Positions 1 to 14,797 of a stretch of 64,000 bases of DNA are shown piece by piece. Origin of the DNA: Chrysemys picta bellii (lineage: Eukaryota). Each line of letters starts with the position of its first letter. The first letter of the stretch is position 1. The notes below the pieces were generated by a model. It had not been told where the DNA came from. It saw only the letters and a list, made by a program, of their open reading frames with translations, and ran no database searches. The stretch covers positions 43,400,001-43,464,000 of the forward strand of contig NC_088804.1 of assembly GCF_011386835.1 (NCBI RefSeq). Reading direction: 5' to 3'. The translations under genes were made by a program, and so were the position numbers.

Positions 1-2307
1 AATTCTGTGCATTGAGTAAACCCCTCCCATATGAGAGCAAATTAAAGCAGAAACCATGTCACTGGGGCTTTTCATCTGCATTTCTTTTCAGAAGAGAAAT
101 CATTCAAATTAATTTTGGTTGTGCCTGTGTGTGGACAAATAACCTACTGCAAGAAAAATGTTTAATGCAAGAAAACCCAACATGGTTGCACATTCAATTA
201 AGCATGACTGTCCTGAATGAATGCATGAAAATATATAAGTATACATAGGTAAACACAGCAAATACTATTCCAGTGTTGAGAGATGATAGAAATAATTTAC
301 ACAATTGTTTTTTACATAAGCAAGTTGAAGACTCTTGTTTAATGAATGACAATCTTTTTCCCAAAAAGAAGAAATTTGCTAAGAGCTCTGCATTATGGAA
401 ATGTGCATGTAGGTTTCTTTTTTATGTGTGCCTACCTCCATCAATCCTCTTTCCTTCCCCCTCTTCTGTCCGCCAGTTCCCATCCAAAAATGAATGCAAA
501 GAAATACTATTAGGCTGTCTGGTTATGTATTTTTTATGAGGCCATACAAGACACTGCCTGACCCTGTGCAGCTCATGTTATAACCACATTGAAGATGCTT
601 TTCATTTGGGTTCTGCTTTTCAGCCTGGATGACCTCTATTAAATAAGAAAGAAAGAAAGGAAAAAATGGCCTAATATGTGACCCCCGGGACTAGTCGCTT
701 CAAGGATTACATTTAATTCATATGATAATATTGAAATATAATGCTTCTGTGTCTAATGTTTTAGATATTTTTCTTTTCTTTCTCTTTATTTCAGGGACTC
801 AGTCTTGTCATAGATATTTTTCATCAGTTTTGGGTGGAGGACAGTAACTCAGGCTCTGGTCAGATTCTTAAAATTACCTTTTTTCCTTAGGAGACTGGAT
901 GTGAATACAAAACACTGCTTTTCCCGGTCTCTCTGGATGAGGAGAAGAGACACATAGGCAGAGAAATTAATTTTTCTAAGAATATGTGTCTGCCAAGAGC
1001 TCTCTTTCAAATACAGCAAATGCCAAAATAAAGCTTGTTTCTTAACCCATTGTTAACAACTGACCCCCCCCCCACTTCTCCATCAGTGTGACTGCTAACT
1101 CCTTCCTTGCCTTCCTGCTTCTATTGTTTGTATTCCCACCATTGCATTCACTTACAGTTGTCAATGTGCGTGTATTTATTGTACCAATACACACACACAG
1201 TATGTCTGTCCTTGCTTACACACACTTATTATTAAAACTGCACTGTTCATAGCCCTAGACTACATGTATTTAATGTTCCAGCGTTTCTGATGAAAGCACA
1301 TATCTTGGGGGTTTATAACTTGGCTGTAAAAATGCACTCTGGGATGAAACACCATGTGCAGTGTTTCATTTTAGGAGCATATTTGCAAAAATAAATTTGG
1401 ACATTTCTGATTACTCGGTGTGAGAATATTTAATAAAGTTTGTTTTTTGTGCAGTTTGTAAAGTGGAATTTAGCAGTCAATTCATAATTTAATCTAATAA
1501 TTTGTATTCTGAAGCAATGCAACTCTCAAAGCATTCATGCTAATGATAATTCTTGAACTACTACTACATGTATACATGAGATATTTTCCAACAAACATTT
1601 AATTTAGGGTTCTTAGAAGGTGGATTTAATCTACAGACATGGCAGTAGGTTTGATGCAATGGATGGTATCACTTCTGAGGAACCATTACAGTCTATTGAT
1701 AAATAATGTGTGTATCAAACTGGATAACAAAAGCTGTCTATTTTAAAATAATAGGCCTGTGCATATATTTATTTAGTCCCATAAACACAGAGCTGTTATT
1801 TTGATACGTTTGCAGGTTAGATGTGTATTTCAGTTTATTATTGTCATTAGAAAAATTAAATAAAAAAAATCACTGGCACAAAAATACAGTTTAAATAACA
1901 CTGAGGTTTTAGTGGTAACAGCCCAGAGCCAGAAATTCATAGTTAAGGCTGAACCTACATCCTTAACCGTTATACACAAATGCTGCAAATAGTATATGGT
2001 ATGTAAAATCCATCACTCTTTGGATACCCATGCACTGAAACAACAGGGTAGGTTAAGAATAGAGTTTCCATATTAACTCTGAATGTCACTGCATTTGTTT
2101 GCATCGTAGACTGAACATTATTCACATTTTTTTGGTGAAAATGTAATGCTCTGTAATACATATACATGGGCTATATAGACACACATGCATCTCGGTAGTT
2201 TGTGTATGATATTTTAAAAAATATATACAGGCTTTGGGTTCCCTTTTGTAAAGCATTAAGCTGTGACCCTCCCCTCCTCTTTTCCCTCCCCCTGCAGCCC
2301 TAGACTT

Positions 2308-2506
2308 NNNNNNNNNNNNNNNNNNNNNNNNNNNNNNNNNNNNNNNNNNNNNNNNNNNNNNNNNNNNNNNNNNNNNNNNNNNNNNNNNNNNNNNNNNNNN
2401 NNNNNNNNNNNNNNNNNNNNNNNNNNNNNNNNNNNNNNNNNNNNNNNNNNNNNNNNNNNNNNNNNNNNNNNNNNNNNNNNNNNNNNNNNNNNNNNNNNNN
2501 NNNNNN
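2308..2506. other. N block (199 bp, unreadable)
   Basis: Run of N. Confidence 0.95.
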
Positions 2507-2837
2507 GAGGCAGTTTGAGCTTACCCTTTCTCCCCCCCACCCCCTTTTTGGTTATAAATTGCTGTTTCTTTATGGAGTGGGGAGGGGAGGTGGGTGGGGA
2601 AGACACCTAACTTCTTTACTGCTTAAGCAATCTGAGCATAGAACTCATGTGAATATGCAAATAGGGCTGGCTGGGCTGCGTTGCTGACACGTGTATGTGT
2701 TGTATCCTTCTCCCCACCTCCCTGTCTTAGCGTCTGATCTTCAACAGATTGCTGTTGTTTCTTGTGATCACCAGCACTGCGTGCTGGAGAGAGAGATCGG
2801 GGGGGGGGGGGGAGCATGGGGGGAGTCTTGCGGGGCT

Positions 2838-2977
2838 NNNNNNNNNNNNNNNNNNNNNNNNNNNNNNNNNNNNNNNNNNNNNNNNNNNNNNNNNNNNNNN
2901 NNNNNNNNNNNNNNNNNNNNNNNNNNNNNNNNNNNNNNNNNNNNNNNNNNNNNNNNNNNNNNNNNNNNNNNNNNNNN
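2838..2977. other. N block (140 bp)
   Basis: Run of N. Confidence 0.95.
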
Positions 2978-3837
2978 AAATGTGATCACTTCTGTGAGCA
3001 ACCGGGGGAGGGAGGGGGAGGATGTGTGTGTGGGGGGGGAGAGCGAGCAGGGGAGAACGAGAAAGGCTTCTGATTTTTCACCACACGTTGATTGATGTCA
3101 GGGGCTAACAGGATGCATCTTTTTATTGTTATGATGATGATGATTGCAATGATTATACTGATCATTAGTGTGAAATTTAAATTTTAAAATGGTCAGTGCT
3201 GGATATTTGGTGTGCATGCATGTTTCAAGCATCAGGGTAAATCCCCTTACTACAAGAATTTAACTTTCTCATGTTCAAAAAGACAGCATGCAGGATTCAA
3301 AAGATTATTAATTTATGAAATATAGTGGGTTGAATTACATAGACTCCTAATGCAGTTCTGTTTTTATTGAAAATATATAAAAAGATCAAAGACATTTTTG
3401 TTATTTAAAGAAAATCTTTCATTGGAGGACTGGTTTAGCTATTTACAGTCAATGAAATTTGATTTTTATCTTTTGTTTTGCTTTATCCACATTTTAATAA
3501 AACAGCTATAAAGCACAACACTGCCACAACGATTGCTGAACAAAGCAGATTTTCAGGCAGTTAGTTTTGGGTCTGAGTGTGATTTAAAAATTGTGAATAT
3601 TTTCTCTAAGTCTTATTGCTGTTTTGGACATAACCCCTGAAAAGTGTAAAGGCAGTCAGAGGGCTGAGAGTATTTCAATGTAACCAAAATAAAAATGTAA
3701 CTAAAAGAGATTAAAATATTCAGTATACTTGAACTATTCTAATAGAATTCAAATTAATTTTTCTCTGCAGATATGCTCGTTTTTCTGATAATATGTATAT
3801 ACCTGATGTCTGTTCAAAATAAATGTGTGTGTATATG

Positions 3838-3863
<26 letters not shown>
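3838..3863. repeat. (GA)n microsatellite
   Basis: gagagagagagagagagagagaga. Confidence 0.9.
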
Positions 3864-3868
<5 letters not shown>

Positions 3869-4823
3869 GGTGGGGTGTGTGTGGCATACAGAAGTTTTGT
3901 ACTGATTGTGATGCCTGCCAATAACCTTGATGCTATAAATGACCACTTACAAGTCAACAGAATATCACTAAAGTTAATTCATTGAAAAAGAAAATCCAAG
4001 GCCACTCCATTAGTTTTTCTTAGTTATTACTGGAAACTTTAAAGGGATATACTAATTGGACAATTGTATTCACTAGAATACTAAATAAACAGAAAAGAAG
4101 ATCTAACTCTTGGAGGGGGGGGGAGTTGAATAAAAATCCTGCATAGAAATTACCGGATTGATCATAACGCTGTAGGCTAAGAGACAACGAGACAACGGAA
4201 AGTAGAGAAGCAAAAAGGCAAGTGCAGCAAGACTGGTGTATACCCCTGTTATAACAATGCACAGGAGAAACCCACCTGTCCAAATTCTCTATTGCTAGAA
4301 CAGTGGCTGTCATCACTACCTTTTTGATCTCGGCAATACTTACATTCTTGCATCTTTTTTGAGTTCTCACAGAAGTCAATGACTTTTTATGCAGTTCTGA
4401 TAAATGTTAGTTTTTGTTCTGCTAATCTCATTATTCATGTATTCTGAATTTTCCACAAACTATTGCAGAACCTTGGGCCAGTTGTATAAAGTCACTGTTA
4501 ATCCCGTATCTCACAAACAAAGGTGTCAGTAGAAAACTGTTTCAGCATGAGTTTATTTCACCTACATTGTGTGCTGAGGTCCCACAAATTCAGAAGCTAC
4601 TATTAATATCATGTAAAAGGACAGATTTACCAACACTGTTTATACCTCTTATGACAAATAAAATTGCATGACTGCCTTGTCTCTTTGGCCACCCTTTCAG
4701 GGGAAATTTTGATCAGATTTTACAGCTTTATATCATATATGAACACCTGTATTCTTGTTCTCTCTGTCTCTCTCTCTGTGCACCTGAAGTGCTATGCATG
4801 TATGTGTACTGCTTTCTCTTCGC

Positions 4824-4979
4824 NNNNNNNNNNNNNNNNNNNNNNNNNNNNNNNNNNNNNNNNNNNNNNNNNNNNNNNNNNNNNNNNNNNNNNNNNNNNN
4901 NNNNNNNNNNNNNNNNNNNNNNNNNNNNNNNNNNNNNNNNNNNNNNNNNNNNNNNNNNNNNNNNNNNNNNNNNNNNNNN
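4824..4979. other. N block (156 bp)
   Basis: Run of N, preceded by ctgctttctcttcgc. Confidence 0.95.
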
Positions 4980-7900
4980 CCAAGCCCGGAGGTGTTTGAT
5001 GAGCAGATTGGGTCTTTATCTCAGCACTGGAGAGCTTGCAGACTTGCAGAGAGACAGCAGAGGGTTAGGGGATTTTTGTTGTTTGTTTAGGTTTTTTTAC
5101 GGAAATCTGGCTGCATTTTACTGTACTGTAGAGAGAATGTTTCTAGTTAAATTTAGTTTTCCAGATCATATTAAAAGTATTGGGAGTTAAGGAGAAACTA
5201 TTTTTAAAATAATCTACTGCACTTTATTTGGTATGTTTACCAGCGGTGCACTATATAAACATATAGATTCATGCCAGGTTCTTTTGTTACCGTTTCAGGT
5301 TACACATCGGAATAATTGAAACACAAATTTTTTTCTTTAGTTCTCCCTGTGCCCATTCCTAGAAGTTCATGTAGTTGCTCTGGGTGAGGTGACCATAATT
5401 GCTATATCTTTGTGGTTTAATTAGATAAAGTGAAAGTAAAACTTTTAGATAATTTTATATCTGAAAATATTATTTACATTTTGCCTGTGAAAACTAAATG
5501 AAAAAGTAAACTAGGATAGATACTGTAGCTGGAACTACATAATTTTTAAAAAAATCTTGTTTTTAAAGCAGGGACTGTAGGCTGATAATACAGATGGTAT
5601 TAGAGCAGTCTCTCCCCTAATCTGCATATTGTTTTTATTTTGTAATTTTTCAAACATATGTAAAGAAATGTGAAACAGGTAAACAAAAATTTGATATTCT
5701 GGGGGAATATAAAACAGGAGGAAAGAATGAATCCGAGCAGTTCGAACAAGTGTTATGATGCAACATTAACTCTTCATTATTTCGTGAAAACCTCAATTTC
5801 CACCCATGTTTCATTCACTCATGACATGAGCATCATGCACAGTATAAATCTCTGTCCAGCTCTCATAGCCCCTGTTGATGCTCACTGATTGGATTTCTAA
5901 TTTCCAGGTTTTCTCAGGGGGTGTAACAGACTTGTATGGGTGTTGGTACTTTCCAACGAGTTTATCATCTGTAGTTTGTGCTTATTACCTGTGACAGTCA
6001 AATCATTTCCCAATATTTGTCAAGTAAAAAATTCTAAAAGCACTGTGGACTTTATTTTGTCATGCTAGTTATATACAAATACATGTGCAATAAGTAAAAC
6101 CAAAATTATATTATTTGATTGTGGAAGATGAGAGATTGGATCTAATCCTACGTTTACACAGCAATCACAGCATCTGCTGTATAAAACCAAGTTCCTTTGA
6201 GTATTTTTTGGTTATATGTCATATTTCAAGTAACATAAAATAATGAATGCTTTTAGAAATTAGAAGTATTTTGAATTCTGATTATTATTATTTTCTTTTA
6301 ACCTTTCTCTTCCCCCCGCTTTGGGGACAGTTCAGTTCCTCCACCTTTAGAAAAGAATTCACCTCATTCTGTCTGACAAGCATTTTTGTTGTTGAGCTTC
6401 TATCATATCTGTGTAGAAATACATCTCTGTGTGACTTTTGGAAGCCAGACAGTGTTAATTTATCATAATCTACATACAACCAGCTCGCTTTAATCTCTAT
6501 GTTGCGTGGATAGAAATCAATTTGGAGTGTACTCAGAGGGATTTTTTTTTCCAGAAGGAGTTTGTTGTACAAATATTTATGGACCTTTTCCTTTGTAGTA
6601 GAGAGTCTAGTTGAAATGACCATCATGCCGTTAACAGCAGATTTCATCTTAAGGAAAATGTTGCCAAAAGATATTGTTTGTTTTAATCGCATGGGGTTTC
6701 AAATTGAAATTTGCTTTGCTACTATGGATAAAAATGCATGATCCTTGAGAAGAAATTCCAGATCTTTTTTATACTGAAATAAAAGCAGGAGGGAACACCC
6801 TCACCAAATTAAATGTAAGAATGTCTCTGTATGGGAACTTAAACAACTTTTAAAATCAATGCACATTCTGCCTATCTCCAGTTCAGGACATTTGTAGTTG
6901 TGCATGCAGAAATATTATGCTTTTGTTTTTAATCACAAATCTTTTTTTCATTCTTTTTCTTTATTGCTGTAGCTATATATTGGATCTTTTCCCTGTTTTT
7001 GTTTAGTATGGTTTCATATGTGAAATTTCTCCATGAAACAATTGATACATTCTCCGCACGCTGTGGCGAGTGTGGAAAAAAAAGCCCTTAGATTAATGGT
7101 CAGTGTCTCATACACACAAATTTGTGTTACGATACTACAGAGAAGCTGCAAATTACTGACAAGATCTAGAATAATTCCTAATGCTGTCGAAGGCTTCATT
7201 CTCTCCCCCACATGATGGATGAGGCATAAGAAGTGCTTTCTGAGATCATTAATGTGCATCATTCTGTTAAGTGTTATTAAAGTCCGTCTGTCTTAGGCAG
7301 CAGAAACTATATCTTATCCCTTATATTGCTTCTGTTTTGTAAAATTATAACTGCAGATCCTGTCTCTTACTAATGTGGTCTTTTTTGGTACTCTTTTCCA
7401 AATGGCGGGTTTATGCCATAACATTTAATACATTTTTAGGATTGTATATTTTCTTCTATTCAAAATATTTGATTGCTACATATGAGACTACATGTAGTTT
7501 CAGGATTACATTATTTATAACCTTTAAAATACAATAAAGCTGGAAAGCATCCTTACTAAAATAATTATTTAAGGGGTGAGCTTAGAACTGAATTTTTATT
7601 CTGATTTTGTGCCTGTGTTAAATCTGTGTGAAGCTAGTTGGCAATTCAGTCCTATATGATTCAGTTTGAATTAAGCAGACTGCCTTGTAACTTTAAGAAG
7701 AAAATAAGGCTTTCCATTTCTGTTCTAAGTACACAATGCATAAGAAGACATTCAGTTACATACACTTCCATTTGCAGACCATTGGATTAATTGTTTAAAA
7801 AACACTGGCACTGTTATTTGAACATATAGTAATCAAGATTCCTTGTTTGAGAAGGAAACACATGCAGAGCTAAAAATGGAGATACAGTATTATATACAGG

Positions 7901-8447
7901 AGGCAAAAACTTTTGCAGTTTTGTTCCATTTAGACAGAAAACTGTCTTGTATATTGCTGCTTCTTGTACTCTTCCCCTCCTCCCCAATCTGTTGGCTGTA
8001 GCACTTGACTTTTTGGGGGGGAGGGAGATGGAAGGGGGAAAGGGAGGGAGGTAGGCCAGGTAGAGATTACAGATGGATCATATTAAATCAAAAGTAATTT
8101 TAACCAAACAGGAGAATTCACTTTAAAGGTTTTTAACCTTTCTTAAGAGCCAATTTTTCCCTAAGCCCTGTGATAATAAAATACAATATAATTTATAGAG
8201 CGCTTTCCATGAATACACATTCCTAACTTTTTTTTTTTTTTTTACAGTCAGATAAAATGTTATCCAACCACTGGGATGATAATCAAGGGAAAACAAAAAG
8301 CAAGTGATCAGAAAGCCATTTAGAAATGTAACATTCCTTTTCAAAGAGATTCAGACATACTTGGAAAGTCTCACTTACATTCTTTTAATAGAATTATAGA
8401 AGTTTGAGGCACAGCTGGTAAAAGCTCAGTCATCCACAGCACAGCTA

Positions 8448-8634
8448 NNNNNNNNNNNNNNNNNNNNNNNNNNNNNNNNNNNNNNNNNNNNNNNNNNNNN
8501 NNNNNNNNNNNNNNNNNNNNNNNNNNNNNNNNNNNNNNNNNNNNNNNNNNNNNNNNNNNNNNNNNNNNNNNNNNNNNNNNNNNNNNNNNNNNNNNNNNNN
8601 NNNNNNNNNNNNNNNNNNNNNNNNNNNNNNNNNN
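8448..8634. other. N block (187 bp)
   Basis: Run of N. Confidence 0.95.
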
Positions 8635-11600
8635 GCTTTTTTCCCATCTTTGTCTTCAGAAAGGTGCTAGATTGTAAACATCTGAAGGAAATGAAAGGGT
8701 TGGCCAGTCCACCCCAAATTCTTTCCAGATTTTCATTTCTTTCACCAGCAGCCTTCTGTTCTTAGAAGAGAGGGAGGGACAGAGAGAGAGAGAAGATATC
8801 TCTGTTTCTTATTAAAATTTAAAGTGAAAAGCACTGATATAACTTACTAATTTTGAATCTGCTAATTTAGAGGGGGGCTTGAACACCAAGAGGCACAGTT
8901 TAGGGAACGTGTACGCTGGCAATTTGGTGAAGTAAAGCATTTGAAGCCAATTAAGATCTAATTCTGTACAGAAGACAATGGGCAAGAGACAATCTAGTTT
9001 TGTTCTGATTTGTAGTTTTCAAAACAAGTGTTTGGAGTTGATTTTTTTTTTCTGATAAGCTATAGCCCAACTCATGTTTGTATGAAGATGTAATTATCAT
9101 ACTATGAATACTTTTGATATATAGTATGTTCTCTTCAAGCTTAATCAACAGTATTTCCTTTCTGTTGCAAAATGTTTAGATATTTCTGGAAATAAATGTT
9201 CCAATTTAATGCCATAGTAGTTTTTGCAAACGTTCACCTCTGTTCCTGAAATGTCATTAGTCTTTAATGAAAGAATCAGGTGCTTTTTGCATCAGAAGTG
9301 CACAATTTAATTAAAACTTCTGAACACATTTTTTTACATAATTCTTTATCTGACATGAACATTTAATTGAGCAATAGTTCATAATACATATATTGTTATT
9401 GCCTGATATATATTTGAATATATTGTGTATTGTTCTGAGTGGAAAATATATTGTCTTTGTTTTATTCATGGATGACAGTCTGGATAAAATGTATATTTTA
9501 AGGCTTCCTCATCTAATATATGATTTAGTCACTCCTTTTAGGAGAAAAAAGTTAAAAATAACGTTATAAAAATAAAACAAGGTGTTATACTGTGACTGTT
9601 TGGCCTTAAATCATAGTTGCCTGTTTGCCTTTCAGGACATTTAAGTGCCAGATACACTGAGAGAAAGCAATCTAAACATCAGAGTTTATTTTCAATATGC
9701 AAGTGGTATAAAAATATGCAAACCCTGATCACAGTGCTATGGAAACTACTCCACAAAAATGTGGAACGAAAGCTGTTACTGTAAGTGTGGTTCATGTATT
9801 GTAACAGCTGTGACAGCCTGATACAGTTTAACACTTGTTCAATTATAAGGAAAATATTCAAAAGCAAACGTGATGTATATGAGGTTTGAAATAATCTTTC
9901 AAATTTACAAAAGAAACCAAAAACAACCTCCATCCCCTACAATGTTTTCCCTCAAAATTAATGTTTCAGTTGAGTCTCTGAGATTTTGGAAATGTTCCTG
10001 CCCCCTTCCCTCCAACATAAAAAGTGTTTTTCAGGACTTGTGTTACAGCCATTTGCAAGTTATTTTAGGTCTCTGTTCTTGTATATCCACTTAATAACTT
10101 CTGAAGACTATTTCAGGTACAGACCACAGTTTGTATTTTTAGGAGGGGGGGGCGGGGAATGTGTTAAAAGTGAACATGCATTTATGACATATGGATTTCA
10201 ATTTACTCAAGAAAGCCTGAACTGACTCTAACATGAGCCTTCCGTTCTGGGAATTTGGACATCTACCCCTGTGCTTTCTGTTAACCAAATGCTTAAATTA
10301 AATGCGGCAAACATACAATAAACATATATTAATACTTAGCTGTGGTAAAATGTGGTTAATATATAGTACCCACAACAGATCTTTAAATGGACAATTGTTT
10401 TTATTTTTGGTGGATTACATTAACTTTTATTTGTTTTAAGTAGTGTTGAACAGGAGGTTGTTAAAAACATTTAGCTATTTAGATCATTAATATATTGCAA
10501 TGAAGATTCTTTTTATTTTTTATCCTTACCAAAATTAATCATAGACTTTTTCATAACATCTCAGACTTTCTGACTACAGGGCATGACTGACATTGATGGA
10601 GGTGTCGTGCGTGGAGAGTGGACAATAGATCTGTACCCCTACATTTTCAGAGTTGTGCTGGGTATAACCAAACAACTCATACTGAAGTAATAGAAGTTTT
10701 GTAGCTAAATCTCATGCAACATATTTACAAATGAAATTTAAATATTCAAACTCTTCTGTGGCTTCAAGGAAAGTTGTTACGAAATGTCTGACAAATGTTT
10801 ATGTACATCTAATTGGAGGTGAAGGTGGCAAGAGTAGAAAGGATACAGAATAACTTTTTTTCATTTTGCTTTGCTTGATGTGGGCAATTCAAAATGGGAT
10901 CCTAGTATTTCCAGACGCAAACTCTCATTTTTTAAGTAATTACTGTTATCTGGAATAAAATGTTGCCTTAGAAATTATTAACATAACAGTCCCCATGGGA
11001 ACTCCATAGCAGTCAAAGTGAAATCCAACAATAAATCTGGGGGCCACCTGGCTAACTATCATTAAACAGCTTTTTCAGTGGAAAAACTCTTTCAAAGCTT
11101 AATTCTTCCTAAATGTAAAGTTCAGCTATCATGTTTCTGTGTAACTTTCATAGAGTTTGGTCTTTTACTTTTAGCTTTGTTTAAATAATCCTTCAAAGCA
11201 TCTTCAACAGCAAAAATGCTGTGTTTCGCACTGATGACATCACTCACTAAACTCCAACTTCGTTGAAAGCTAAGAGGTTACAAAGCATTAAAATTTGGTA
11301 AAGGTCTTCTCATGTCACTAGGCCTAAAAGTCTTAGTATGTGAAATGGTTTTCAATAAATGTTGAGAACAAACAAAAAATGCAACTGTTTGTAGTTTTCA
11401 ATATTTTTAAAATGAATGAATCCTTGCCAATTAACAAGAATATTTAATGGTGTTTTCAGCAATTGATAAAAGCTAAGGTCAAATTTGGTAGTTCCTGTTT
11501 ATGCCCTGACTCTGCAAAGAAAACTTGCATGCAAAGACTTGCATGTGCAGGTCTGCTTTTAGTCTTTATTACTAGTTAAATCAATGGCAGTGTTGTCTTA

Positions 11601-14600
11601 GGTAGCACTACTGGATTTGACTACATTCTAGCCTCATTCTGTACATGGAAATCCCATTGAAGTCAATTTGAATTTTGAGCAAGAATTGAGGGTAGAATAT
11701 GCTTTAAACAATGGGGGAAATGGTAGATTTAACAGCTGATACTTTGGCAACCGAAATAAAGACTGTAAAAAGTTATCACTTAAGGGCATTATTCTGATCT
11801 CAAAGTAATGTAAATGAGGAGGGATTTCATTGAAATCAATTGAGTAAAATAATAAAAGTGAGAGCAATTTGGACCTCAAACTCTTTTAAGAGACACTCTT
11901 CAGATAGTACTCAGAGATAACTGAAAGAAAACCATACAATCTTATTAAACAAACAAACCAACCCCTTGTTGTCAGATACTTGACAGCTTTTTTTATTGGG
12001 TATAAATAGGCAAAGTGTACAATTACAGAGTTTGACATGTTCACGTGTAACTTTTGAGTTTGCCTTTCTAAAATTATAAGTACTTTAGTAGGTAAAAGAG
12101 GTGTCGAATACCTCAGTGATACAAACCCTACTTTAGACCCAAGGCTTTGTCAACTTGATCAGTGGGGTTATTTACATACATTTCTTTCTTTTTTTAAAAA
12201 AATAATAAACCAAAAAACCCACCTGTGACCAATGTGGTCTAATGTACAAAAGTGTCCTGGCAAAAGAGCTCAGCTTTTGAAAGTGAACATAGAAGTATCA
12301 AAGCATCTTCATGTATAGTGTGACAAACTGAACAGTTTTCAGAATCCTTGTCTGCTCTGCAGCTCATCTATTATGTGAATGACATGTGAAAATAGTTGTT
12401 TCTCTGAGATATCAGCAGGCTACACAAACTCAGTTACTTTAAAAATACTGGAGGCTAGTTCATCTATAGACTTCTTCTGAATGAATGAGTATGTGTGGTC
12501 CAGCTCATTGAAAGAAAGAAAGTCGCTACAAAAGGCACTGGAATTACATACCGTAACATGGTACCACTGGCTATATGCTGAAAACATAACAATAGCTAAG
12601 TTGAGACATTTGGGGTAGCTCACTTCATGTATTCATTTTTAAAGTGTACTTTGAAATGATTGGGAACCATTAAGTTGCATACCCAGGTTTGTGTGGCCAC
12701 GTGTTCTTAAACTGTTCTTCTTCTTCCCCTTTCCCCAGCCTTTTGTTTACTATCTTTTTGGTTCATCTTGTCTTTAGTTTGTTTGTAAGGTCGCTGGGCA
12801 GGGAATGTGTCATCCTAAGTGCTTGAGCAGCACATAGTACAATGAGGTCACCATCATATTTGTGTGTTAATGAAGTATAAATAATATGTGAACAATCAAC
12901 TTCTAAATCCTAGGTATTCAAGTGAATACTAATATATTGAAATTAAAAATGTTAGACAACAAACAGCAGTAACCCTTCATTCCCGAGCAAATTCTACTGT
13001 ACAGTAACTTATTGTCAAAAACAGCCTGGAAAAGAAGGGGGCAGAAGGAAGATGCACTAATCACCTCAGTTTTTCATTATAATTATCTGTTAATTTCGGC
13101 AAGTGTATTTCCATGTTCAATAAGAACTGTCCAGACAATTGTGCTTTGATATTTTACAAACTTAACATTATTGCAAAAGACAGTTTAAGCTGATTTCAGA
13201 AATATAGATTTATATTTAAAGTTGCTGGAAAAATAGGCTATGTTTTTCTATGGGTTTTTAAACATATCCATTTTACAAATCTCACGGTTTGATACTTGAA
13301 AGACAGAGCTACTGGTGGGGAATCAAAACTAAAATAAATTTATATTATTCTAAGTTAAAGATATTTGTGTGGTTTTTTAAAGATGAGTTTTATAGCTGGT
13401 ATTATAATACATAGTGTATGCTTTATTTCTTCCATTGGTCATTTCTAATACCTTAAACATATCTACTTTTCTTATACTGACTTCTTTTTATAAACAGAAC
13501 AAAATAATTTCTGTAAATGTTTTAAATTTGGAAAAGTAGATTTATGATTTCCTCTTCCTTTGCTTGAATCAATATAATGATATCCTTATTACCTTTATCT
13601 TTTTTTCTAGTGCATTTTGTTTTGTGTCAACTTTTTAATTTCAACTTTTTTACTTTTAAGAGAATTCTATTGTTTCAGAGCAGGTCCACCCACCCCACCC
13701 TTGCATATGTGTATAAAGTACTGTTTTTATGTTCTTTCAAAATGAGTGGTATACAGTAACACATTGATTCAGGAGTAGAGATTGTGATTGACATTAGCGG
13801 GGAAATCTAGGGTGAAGTCCTAGCTCCATTGAAGTCAGTGGCAAAACTCCCACTGAGTTCGGTAGAGGCAGGGTTTTACTTTGAGGGCAGGTCCTTTATT
13901 GACTAGCCTTAATATAATTGAATTCAGGGATATTGTTTACCCTTTGGCCATAGAATGGTCACTTTTCCTAAATACATTCAGGGTTCTTTTTCTTCACAAA
14001 TGTTTACTGTATGGTAAGAACAGATGCAAATACAAATTTAAAAATTTTCTTTCTTTATAATTTGGATAAAAACATCTACATTTTGGTAAGATACCAAAAC
14101 TATTTCAGGAACATTTTCTCTGTATGGGGTGCTGATTTGCTGTAAAATATATTCCAGGAGAAACCAAATTTCCTTTGCAAAATAAGAAACCTAGTAGTTG
14201 TATGTGGGCCCTTATACAAATTCTATCTTTGTACAGAGATTGATGGTAGACTATGGCCCATTTGTTTGTACAATAGCAAGATGTGTTAACCCCTAAAACA
14301 ATGAAGATGAATAAACTTGTTTCTGCTCCTTCTCTAACTTGGTGTCCTCGCTTCCTTTCTGTTATTGCTACTTCCATTTTCCTCTGCCTACCAAAACAGG
14401 GTCTTCCCACCTCCCTTTTGACCTCTTCTACCTGCCTCTCCCTGCCAATAAACAACAAACACTCTCAAGCCAAGTGAACCAATCATATCATGCTCCTCAC
14501 TTCCTGCCTCTTACCTGGCCATCCCACCTCCTCATTCTTCAAAGGTGCTGGGTCCATATTGATTCTTCCCTGGCGTGAGCACCTGATGTTGACCCACTTC

Positions 14601-14797
14601 CCCTCTGCTGATTCCGAGTCAGAGGGAATGACAGCGAATCAGCCTCAGGGGAAAGGGGGTCGTCCCGGAACAGCAGAAAGAGCTGTGATTCTTGCATGGG
14701 AGAAGTGAGGTGGGTTTTGCTCTTTCATCATGTTTATTGGTCAGCTGCTCTTCAGAATCACCAGAAATCCTGCCTGCCAGGCAAAATGAAAGGCAGG

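Larger units (their letters stand above)
2261..3100. promoter_or_regulatory. Promoter/enhancer-like unique region (pyrimidine and G-rich tracts, octamer, E-boxes), partly hidden by two N blocks
   Basis: ATGCAAAT at 2655-2662 preceded by TCATGTG; CACGTG at 2688-2693; C- and G-rich tracts in an AT-rich background; strong acceptor-like tract ending ctgcAG at 2296-2297. Function is inferred from motifs only. Confidence 0.35.

Noticed and set aside
10560-10690. Possible exon (ctacAG|ggcatgactgac...)
   Set aside because: Weak acceptor, no convincing donor and no recognisable peptide.
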